A stretch of 64,000 nt of DNA from Marsupella aquatica (taxonomy: Eukaryota > Plantae > Marchantiophyta): NCBI GenBank assembly GCA_973895155.1, contig OZ316891.1, positions 20,844,169-20,908,168 on the forward strand. Direction: 5' to 3'. The translations under genes and the position numbers were made by a program. Each line of letters opens with the position of its first letter. Within the stretch, counting starts at the first letter, position 1. Positions 54,181-64,000 of this stretch are shown one piece after another. The notes below the pieces were generated by a model. That model worked only from the letters and a program-made list of their open reading frames with translations, had not been told where the DNA came from and ran no database searches.

Positions 54181-55387
54181 CTGGTTTCAGCTTGAGGATG
54201 CAAAACAGCATACACACTTGTGCTGCTGTTGGTAGCAGCACTCCTTTTGCCCTTGCACGCGTTCATGGGTTGATGGCAATGATCGTCCTCATGGAGTCCA
54301 GCATGAACGTCAAGGCTCGAGTTCCTTTCTCCACTCCATTTGCTAGGATTCTTAGGAGGATCACAAGGCTCTTGATTTTGTTCACACCTTTGAAGTCGAT
54401 CCAGCATTTGAGGACTAAGGTTGGTTAAGGCGGACCTGTACTTAGGGCCCTGCAATTTTGCAAAAAATCATATATGGTTTTAAGATTAGGAATTGCCCTA
54501 AATTTGAACTCATGGAACACAATAGCTCGTAGAAATTGATGACTTCCAGAAGTTCACTTTTATAAATATGACATTCGATGACTAGCAAATTCTCGCTTGA
54601 TCTACCTCCTCACTTCAATAGAGAGTGTTTAGCTTGAAATCAACATCAGTCCTATTTCTTATCGTAGTTTGATAGTTGTTCTATTCACTCTAAATGTTAT
54701 GACTTGGTCCCCCCCCCCCCCCCCCTCTCCAAAGAACAAAAGCCAATTGGATCATCAGCACCATCTCCTTAAAAATTGGCTTATTGGCACATTTCTTGAC
54801 CGTTAACCAACACAATGGTCAGGTGCATTCAAATTAACAATCATAGGGATCTGTGACGAATGGCCATGGCTAGGAGGCGAACAACACAACATATGAAAGG
54901 AATTGAACTAAACTGGACTTAATAAATTAAGGCCTTGTATTAAGAGAAATCAGAGTTCAGTGACAGCCAAATGAGAGGCTTCCAGGATATGGTAGTTTCT
55001 CAAATTTATGCAGCCAGTCCAAACAAAATTGCTTGCTGTACCGTGACATACATGAGGGAAAATTTTTCTATTCGTATTATTATTCTCCTCCTCCTCTGCA
55101 ATGGACAAGCCATCGAGCCACTGTTGAGCCTCCTGTGCTGCCTCGTCCGTTTTGGGCTTTCCAAAGGCATAGTTCATTGTGCGGACGTCGCGCTCTGGCA
55201 ATTGTTTCCTTTCTTCTGACCGAAAGTGGGAAGGATTGACTTCATTGCTATGGGAAATGTTATGATGATCTTCTTCCTCGTGAGGTTCACGAAATTCAAC
55301 GTGCCTTTCCTCTGGCCCACGCCCGGTTTCGTGCTCTGATTCTTTTCTGGCCAAGTCTCCATCTCCTCCTGTGTCTCCTTCCTCCAT
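54181..55387 (-). CDS. Candidate first two exons of an orphan hydrophilic protein gene (3' end unresolved)
   Basis: Exon 55387-55052 (MEEGDTGG...IFPH, donor GTATGT) splices in phase 0 to exon 54449-54181 (acceptor TTGCAG, GPKYRSAL...AETR, donor GTAACC). No recognisable domain. Confidence 0.45.
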
Positions 55388-55907
55388 TTTTTCAATTTCT
55401 CAGACTACAACTTCTCAAACTACGTTTTGGCACATGCGTGCAGTGGTCACACTGTTGAATATCCTATTGTCTTTCCTGAGGCTTGCTTTACAAGAACGAA
55501 CAAACGGTGAGTCTCCCGACCAAAACAGTGGACACATTCAAAAGCTGAAAGAAGTCACTGAAAGAAACTCAGGGGTCTAAGTATATGATAATCAATGTCT
55601 GTGGGGTGGGGGGGGGGGGGGGGGGGGGCGGTGTTGGGTAGTTACTAGGCTGTAACCACCATGCTTCTGGAATGTGAGAATAAGCTGACCTGAGCTGGAA
55701 AGCTTTTATGAACATTCCAGACATAAGTACACTCTAGAACCAAGCCCAGACATAGGTTAATGTAAGGAAATCCTGTCCAGAAAAAGATTACCGGCTGTAT
55801 ATTTGCAAACACTAGATTATGAGAATAAGATTATGTACCTGAAATGGACCCAAGGGTAACCTTTATTCCTTAAGAAGTCTCTGGCGGGGGTTCAAGCGGC
55901 ACCCTAA

Positions 55908-56229
55908 GGGCTAGGTTCCATGGGGCTGGGAGTAAGGAGTACAGATGCTGTCAGAATTTTTAAGCCAATAAGAATGCAGCTTTTCCAAGGACTGAGGGGT
56001 ATACAAATACTGTATCAAGGAGTATGATTTTTCCTCACACTCCCTCTTAAACTTCAGGGGTACCCCCTGCCCCTGTATAAGAACAGTACAGAGCATTCTC
56101 ATTGGCTCCTGAGTCAAAATTTATACTTTTAAAATACTGTATACACCTTGGCATACAATGTATTTGAGCCCTAGTTAATGTCAGAGGGAGTGACCGTACT
56201 CCCTACCCCTGGCCCATGGAACCTGGCCT
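55908..56229. mobile_element. PIF/Harbinger-type (Tourist-like) MITE, 322 bp
   Basis: Imperfect TIRs of about 33 bp (gggctaggttccatggggctgggagtaaggagtac / gtactccctacccctggcccatggaacctggcct) flanked by TAA on both sides. Confidence 0.75.
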
Positions 56230-57126
56230 TAAGCAACTTAAGCTCAAGCAACACCTGTCGTTTTGGTCCAAGCTCGTGTTCAAGAGTGAAGCTCTAGCTA
56301 TGGCATCAAGACAGGTTGAGAAGTGCAAAGGAAGGGGAGAGCATGTCCTTAAGGCAACAGTTGATGTCGAGCAAGAGGAGGCAGACGAGTCGACTGTTGG
56401 GCAGGACAGACTAGACAAAAGCACAGTCAAATGAGTCAGGAATGGAAGAACTGATTGCACCCTGATTGCACCCTGATTGCACCAAGATTGCAACCTTTCG
56501 CAGCATTCAAGCCCGTGAACTGGAGGAATAACAGGTTGTCACACAAGATTGAAGAAGACACATTGGACCATCGAGTTCTACATATCCCTTACATATTGTA
56601 GCCACAAAGCAGCAAAAATTAAAGTCCTGGCATCTAAATGGAACACTTCATGAACAGCTGCACTTGTTTTCCTCCCTACAATTGAGATCGACCATCGGCT
56701 TCAGGTTTCAGGGTCTTGTATAGCAATGGTGTACATCCGAAGGACATATTGCACCTTCTGGCTGACTTATCACCTTAAGGCTGCTAACAGCATATTTAGC
56801 CTAGAATAAGTGAATTTCGAGTAAGACATCACACATTTTGATCAATCTTCTGCTGCCAGGAAAGTAAAACAGCAGATTGAATAAATATAAATTACACTGT
56901 GCAACCAGCTATACAGTCAAAGTTGGGAGTACCTGGTTACAACCCAACATATCATCTAGTTTCTCAACATGTCCAGGATCCTGTGAGGTCAAAAATGTGT
57001 GGCAGTAATCCTCAGCCTATCAATCCATTTGTCCCATTTCATATTTCAATGGTGTCCTAACTGGTTTTGATGAATCAGAGAATCCAAACACCAGTGTCCT
57101 TCATATGGTACACAGCGACAAACCGT

Positions 57127-60100
57127 TTATCGTAACACAGGGTCTTCAGTGACGCTTTGAAATGTGATGTCACCACCAAGGGCTTCGAGGACAAATGCCT
57201 CTGCATCTTGCACCGTCACTGGACCTTTGTGCAAAACAAACTTCCCTCTGCGTCTTTTATATGCTATCAACAAAATGTCCTCACCCTTGATTTTCCCAGT
57301 GTTGAAAGCCCGAACAAAAGATGGCTGTTGAGTAACATCAACCAAACTAAATGTCACAGATGATTTCGTTTTTCTAAACTGCTCTCCACCCATTGTTTCA
57401 ATCGGCTCAATTTTACGAGTCAACGTTTTTGAGGAAAGCTGCATAGGGACCACGTCAGCTCAGCTGATCAGGACATCAATGACCATGCCAATTTCAATCA
57501 CCTCTATTAAAATCGAAGCAAATCTGACAAGAATCAAAAGAGTTCCACACTTAGGGCAGAAATCACGGACACGAACACTCCAGACGATAAGGTAAGTAAA
57601 ACCTGAAGATAATAATCTGCTAGTCAACGACATAAAAGAGGTCAAATTCGAAGCTAAGAAAAAGTGTACCTCTGATAGTAACTGCCTAGCAGCGTCCCCT
57701 CCCTTCTTCAGGTCCACCGCAGCAATCACGCAGAGAGGCGTACTCGATCCGCAGACAACAGCTGCATTTGCTTTGGTCAATATTGGTACATCACCCTCAG
57801 ATTCCACACCTGTGCTACCAACCCCTGCTTCTTTGCTTTTAGCTTCAAGCTCTCCGAGGAATCTCTTCAGTTCCTCGACCATCTTGCTGCCAGACTGTGC
57901 AAAGGCCTTCTCTGGAGCAAGAAGAAAATCCTCGCCATTACCCAATATTCCCACTACTGCTGGGTATGCTCGAATGCCAAATTGCTTGGCAACCTTCGGA
58001 TCGATACTGCCATCAACCTGCAATGCAAAATTTTGTTACTATCCAAAGAGCCTTCGCCTTCCGGGGTAATGAGTTGTCAAGGAGTATTAGGCTTCAAGGT
58101 TAATATGCACTTACTGGAAATTCTCACATGCAAGCAACAATTCTCTAGCTAAGTTTGGTGCAGACTAGCACACTTACATGTACATCGTAAAATTGTATCC
58201 GTTTGTCGTACACACAGCTAAGAGCTCGCCATTTTGCTGACGTTTCTTTCGTTTCAGTCAACAGGACTGCGTTTGGCAAGTCCGTTAGCTTTGCCCGAAG
58301 ACTGATTAATTTCTGGCTGTCGAGCCGAGTTGAAAGATTAGGTATCTGTTTGACAGAAAAGTCGCGTACTGCCTTTTCGGTCCAAGAGCCAGTGTACAGG
58401 GTATGACTTGATTTTCCATTAAGCTTGTAAGGGTATATAACAAAATTCGGGGCACCAGTGCGTAGTGTAGACGGTGCTTGCTCGCGACACAACTTTTCGT
58501 GAAGCTGACAGTTGACAGCTCCGACCTGCAGTAAGAATAGAAGCTCAGTGACTGCAACACGAATTCTCTCCCCAAAATGATGAAAAGGGTTGCTCTGTAC
58601 AGTCATTGATCCCAAGTGATTCTAAAGTGATGACCGTAGCTGCAAGTTTTCATAGGTAAGAATGCAGAGAATTCACGGATGCAGGATGGACTCTGTTGTG
58701 CAGGCTAATGGGAGATCATACCTTCATGACGCCCATGAGATCTTGGGCGACGTGATTTACGATCGTGATTTTCTCGTCCAGATGACCTGAACCAATTCCT
58801 CTGTAGAAAAACAACAACCACATGTCTCGCTGTTGCCTTTCAACTTTCTCTTGAAATTGGGTACTGTCAAGTTGCTGGACCACTTTGCTGAGTTGAGTCA
58901 CATCCTGCTTACCACCACCCTGTTCCCCTTGACTTCCGCCAAACGAATCCTGAAAGCTCTTTTTAGCTGCTCCGAAGAAGTTTGAAAAAAGATCCCCAGA
59001 GAACCCTCCAGGACTAGAAGCCCCGTTCCCAAACGAAGGAAATCCAAAGCCACCCCAACCAGAGTCATTGGGAGCCTCTTCCTTACGAGGCGCAGCCTTG
59101 CGCTGCTGGGTGAAAAATTGCCCCATATCTGACCAACCTTGAAAGTCCTGTCCCGTCTGATACTGCTGTCTCCCAGGACCTTGGAAGCCATAGTGGACAT
59201 TTTGCCGCTGGCCACCAGGACGTCCACCCTGTCCTCCTTCAAATCTAGGCTGACCAGATGGATCCCCGGTCAAATCATACTGCTTCCTCTTCTCATCATC
59301 CGACAGAATTTCATACGCTGCAAGGTACCGCCAAGAAATTTTGAATTCTTATCGACGCTTAGACATAGGTTACTTCCCGCACGACAGGAACGTTCGATCA
59401 GCTCTAACAAACAGCTCAGCAACCCAGGGAGATTCCAATACTCAACCAGTACTAAACCCAGCAACAACCATTCCATCGTATCAACCACTTCGTTCGAGAT
59501 AGCGGACACTAACCATTGCTGATCTCTGAGAACTTGGCTTGCGCGTTTTTAGATTTATTCTTATCTGGATGATACTTCAGTGAAAGCCTGACAAGCGAAA
59601 TCGGGCATTCCAATGTCAGATATGACATATTAATCGGTTAATCCGTTGAGAAGATGAAGGAGAACGTCGACGTACATTCATACAACAATTCTCTTTGCAG
59701 ATGCATCAAGCCGAACCAGTGTCGACGAAGAATACAGCTTGAAAAGAAAAATCAAGTTTCACGACTTACTTGTGGAAAGCCTTCTGAATGTCGCGCGGTT
59801 TCGCGTTCTTTTCAACACCCAACACCTGTCCCGGTACACGCGAGGTCAGAACACCTCAGAAATGAAAAATGCAGTACCGAAACCAAATTGACGTAGAGAA
59901 ATAGGGCTAACCCTAAAATGAAGATTCCGTAAGAGCTCAATTAATAGTTACCATGGTCAACAGCTGAAGATCGTCTATCACACTAGTAACACCTGGGTAC
60001 CGACCCGACTTTGTGAACAATGCCAATTGCCACGGACCTTGGTAGGATGTCCTGATGACTGCTAGCTCTGAACCTAAGGTTGTGCTATTCCTGAACTTAA

Positions 60101-60392
60101 ACAACGCAATGGATCCCATCTTTTACCCTAGCAGAGCAATGGAATTCTGCACTCTATACATTTGAACAAGAGGATCAGGAGGCACAAATGTTTCTGTGAT
60201 ACACGGGTAAGCTGGCTTTGGAGAGAAGCCCTATGCGAAATTCAGTCCCACTAAAACCCCAGAGCTACAGTACCAGCAGAACATATAAGGTCTATACGAG
60301 ATTCTCAACCTTGAACTCACCTTGTAAAGATCCGCAGCATTTGCTCCCAATAGCATCAGCAGGAGTACGAAACATCGGAGGATTCGAGCCAT
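57127..60392 (-). CDS. ERDJ3A: ER-lumenal DnaJ protein with thioredoxin-like/P5-C domains (ERdj3A/TMS1-like), 7 exons, about 601 aa
   Basis: Exons 60392-60321, 59825-59770, 59587-59514, 59317-58722, 58525-58178, 58017-57670 and 57438-57127 join in phase. Signal peptide MARILRCFVLLLMLLGANA. J domain DLYKVLGVEKNA..IQKAFHKLSLKYHPDKN..AYEILSDDEKRKQYD. G/F-rich linker, then Trx-fold motifs WLLFFY, KVGAVNC and AKQFGIRAYPAVVG. Confidence 0.9.
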
Positions 60393-60669
60393 AAAAGCCA
60401 GTGCCGGTTCTCAGTCTTCCCCCTGCCTCCTTCGACTCGCTCCAACTCGCTCCAACTCACTCCGTCGCTCCCGACCCAACCAAAAGCGTTGCCGGGGAAA
60501 GGCCAGCAGCCCAATCACAATCTCCCCGGACCACAAGCACCGAAGAATCCCCGAGGCGACTGAAGAACAACTCCGGTCTAATTGACGCAGAGCGACCGGC
60601 ATACAGCTTAATTCAACAGAGTCTTCTCCACACAATCATCCGAGCTGCACTCTCCTCGCTTCTTGGCTC

Positions 60670-60670
<1 letters not shown>

Positions 60671-60719
<49 letters not shown>
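60671..60719. repeat. (CT)n microsatellite in the probable 5' UTR
   Basis: Near-perfect CT run. Confidence 0.95.
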
Positions 60720-60724
60720 GACGA

Positions 60725-61037
60725 TCTTTCCTTTGAAGATCAATCGACGAGAACCTCGAAGCAAAACTACAAAAATTTAGCAATGGGCGATTTGCCAGGA
60801 TCTAGAAAACTCGACGAATCTAGAAAAGCCTTTCCTCGATACGATCAGTCGAAGAGAACCTCGAAGCAAACTACTAAAATGTAGCACTCGGCGATTTGCC
60901 AGGGTCTGGAAAAACTCGACGAATCTAGAAACGTCTTTCCTTTGACGATCAGTCGAAGAGAGAGAACCTCGAAGCAAAACTACTAAAATGTAGCACTGGG
61001 CGATTTGGAAGGATTTGGAAAACTCGACCCAATCTAG
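60725..61037. repeat. About 107-bp tandem repeat x3
   Basis: gagaacctcgaagcaaaactac...ggcgatttg...aaaactcgac recurs near 60748, 60854 and 60962. Confidence 0.85.
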
Positions 61038-61047
61038 TAAAAAAGCC

Positions 61048-61254
61048 TTTTATACTGGCACGATTTAGCCCTAGTGTAAAACATATCCACGGTCCAGATT
61101 ATTTTCGCCAACTTTGGACGTGGATCGTGGACTAAATCGTACGAAGGGCGGGTGACACTGGGGACCAATCAGAATCGTCATAGAAGAATTGATGACATGT
61201 AAAACGCACTCCTATTGGTTCCCTCGCGTGGAGACTTCAGCTTGCGCCACGTGA
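61048..61254 (-). promoter_or_regulatory. Putative ERDJ3A promoter (TATA, CCAAT, CCACG/G-box cores)
   Basis: Minus-strand TATAAAA at 61048-61054. CCAAT at 61165 (+) and 61214-61218 (-). CCACG cores at 61087, 61119, 61126 and 61227, and GCCACGTGA at 61246. Confidence 0.4.
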
Positions 61255-61972
61255 CTCGGCTTTTAGCGAGCAGCATTGTAATTGGGTGCAGGCTGAACGG
61301 TCATAGTACGCTCTCAGGCTAACAGGGAAGCTTCAAGCCGTCGATTATGGATTAACCTGGTGCAAGACAAAAATAATGTACGATCAGACTGCCAAAAGCA
61401 AAAGGTGTTTCCCTTTGTGCCGTTATTTCTTGAAGAAACAAGTCATTCTTTGAATGTTAAATAAATTATTATAAATATGATCATGCATATTGATCATTTT
61501 GACACATATATTTCAGACTGCCAAAAAACAAAGGGTGCCCAACATGATCTCTCATGCAAAAAGGCCCAACAATAGGGGAACAACCGGGGGAACAACCAAA
61601 GGGCCAAGAAAGGCCAAAAAACAAAGAAACAAGGAACTAACCCAAGAACCAGGGCCCCAAAGCAAATTGAAGTGCCTGGTAGAGCTCCAGTGTGAATTGG
61701 ATGGGGGTCAAACAAAGGAATCCTACTAGAGGCCCCTAAGACCAACAACCTCACCCCTATGAAGAATAGTGAACACATGTGCCCGCTCAGGTGCAACATA
61801 TATAATATACAGTTTTTGATTACTTTGCCACTAAAGATGTTCTAATTCACAATATTGTCACTATTTTTTCTGTATTTATAAAGATGCTCTGGTTTTTGTC
61901 CAGAACTTCCCGTTGAGGGATCATATACATTGGCAGTATTACTCTCCCCTAGACCAGAGTCAAAGGGAAGAT

Positions 61973-63704
61973 TATTGGGTATTTACTCTTACATCTAGGT
62001 TAGGTATGACGTGGTTGGTACAACTGCTTCCTCCACCACACGCCGCACCGGTGATGGTATCGGTGTAACGTGCTCTTCCTCCTGCTCCTTTCTCTGCCCC
62101 TGAAACCTCCGCGGTGATCCTCGTGCTTCAAGTTCCACGTCTTCGAAAAACTCCTCCGAATCACTCATATGAGAAAATCACAAAAATGTTGTTTTTCACA
62201 ACTTCTCAAAAAACTCGAAACTCAACACCGCCGCGTAGCCCACAAAGCTAGGAGTCCAATACTGAAAACCGAAATCAAAATCAAAATTTGACGGAAAAGT
62301 TATTCAAATTTCGGTCGAGGTGGGTAAAACCTTGGGAAACTCCCCCGTTTTGACCACCTCAGGGAATAACCGAAATACCAAGTACAACCCATTGTCGGAA
62401 TTGCGATGTGATTGGTGCGCCGCGTTGCCAACTTCAATGGCTACGACCTCGCCGAAAAATAACCAAAAAAGTTACCGTTCGGCGGATGAAATCTTTGTCG
62501 GGCGGTCAAAAATAGCTCTCTGGTTTTTTGGAATATTCTATGACCCTTGTACAGGCCCTATGGGAATTTTGGAAGAACAATCAAGGGGCTGGCACGTGTC
62601 CTCGAACCCCCAAAACCCCCTACCACCTTTCGTCGTCGAAATCTGGTCGCGCGCGCAGAAAATATACACGGCAGAATGTACCCCTCGACACCAAACGCAA
62701 GATATCTCACTTGGGTTTTGACAAAATCAAGATCTGATTTCAGATTTGGAAACTAGACTCCGAGGCGGTGAAGATCGATATAAGAAGCACCCAAAACGAG
62801 GAAAGAACGAGGGAGAAAAAAATTGGTAAAGATGACAGATTTCTCTCAATTGCCATAGCCAATTTCGAATCAGTTTTTCAAAGAGAAAAAAATGGTACCT
62901 TGTCAACAACGAATGTTGATCAATTGCACTTGGTGCCGTCACCAAGTCCAACAAGGTAATTGATTTTGCTTAGCCTTCCTCTTTGCATCAAAGAGCCAAT
63001 CCCAGACTCAAAACAATCGTCTTGCCTCAATCTCTCCGTTGAGTCAAAACACTTGACGCTTCTCCCTCCGAGTCGATTGCCAACTTTCTTCACAAAATCC
63101 AGAACGACAAAAACTTAGATCTCTCTGCACCACGAGCTCCGTTCAACGATTTCTTCACACCATTAGAAAGCTCTTGCCCTGATCTATCCGTTGAGCCCAT
63201 AAACTCCAAGTTTCATGCGACGGAACTCCGGGAAATCCACCGACACTCAACGCTGGAAAAACCATCATGAAATCCCGTCACGAACACACGTCACCTCCCA
63301 AGCATGCTCTGATACCAATTGTTGAGCATAGACGACGATCGCAACGGCAAGCCCATGAACCATCCAACCCACAATAGTTGACACAAGAGATACGTGGTTC
63401 ACCTCCTTGAGGCTACGTCCACGGGAACACACAAGAGAGCTTTACTGAACTCTAAGCCCGTCGGCTATACCGAGTCTCCACAGTGTAAGTTCTCCTTATC
63501 TCTCAAGTGACTCCATAACAATGAGCCTTGGTTCTACCTCTCCAAGCACACATGTCTCTTATGATATAGTGTGCAACTTAGTTGTACCTAACCACATAGT
63601 TGTACCTAATCACGTAGTTGTACCTAACCACGTAGTTGTACCAACCCACGTTGTTGTACCAACCACGTCATACCTAACCTAGACGTAAGAGTAAATACCC
63701 AACA
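61973..63704 (-). mobile_element. Truncated relative of the copia element (5' LTR, PBS, leader, gag start) capped by an inverted 52-bp U3 end
   Basis: LTR at 63320-63704 and PBS at 63306-63317. 62025-62540 is homologous to about 42640-43165. 61973-62024 is the reverse complement of 63653-63704 with 2 mismatches. Confidence 0.88.
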
Positions 63705-64000
63705 ATTTATGCTCAATTGTTTTGTGTGAGAAAAGAAGATATGTTGCTCACAGGTAGAACTCGTGGGTCTCACTTCCACTTTAATAACACATCGCATGCA
63801 AGAAAGCATAAGGTGATTTTACTGATTCTAAAGGAAAACTTAAAATTAATAACATGAGTGTCTTTTAAATCCAATGCTAAGACTTACAAGGGAATATAGG
63901 GCTTTTTAACCAATTTTTGATATTACAAATTAAAGGGGCACAAAATTTTAAAAAATTAATTTTCTTGAGTTTAGGGTCTGCGAGACCTAAAAACATCTTA

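Overview
Eukaryotic land-plant nuclear DNA with GT-AG introns, plant gene families and many transposons. The divergent proteins suggest a non-seed plant such as a bryophyte, but that is inference only. Supported genes are an intronless mRNA cap N7-methyltransferase (-), an intronless F-box/kelch-type protein (-), a 5-exon OPR/old-yellow-enzyme gene with a premature TAA in its conserved C-terminal motif (+), a 3-exon conserved plant protein of unknown function (+), a 7-exon ER DnaJ/thioredoxin-fold co-chaperone of the ERdj3A/TMS1 type (-), and a possible orphan gene. The intergenic space holds a full-length but disabled Ty1/copia element inside a minisatellite, a solo LTR of that family, and a related truncated element with a different U3 whose two ends are inverted U3 termini. 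It also holds a Mutator-like family with 9-bp TSDs (a 143-bp MITE and a 1.4-kb copy carrying a 154-bp tandem array), a CACTG/TA element with empty-site and possible footprint evidence, a Tourist-like MITE and a tRNA-derived SINE. I found no convincing novel multi-gene system. The most unusual signals are the transposon architectures and the OPR stop codon. All alignments were made by eye and no database searches were run.
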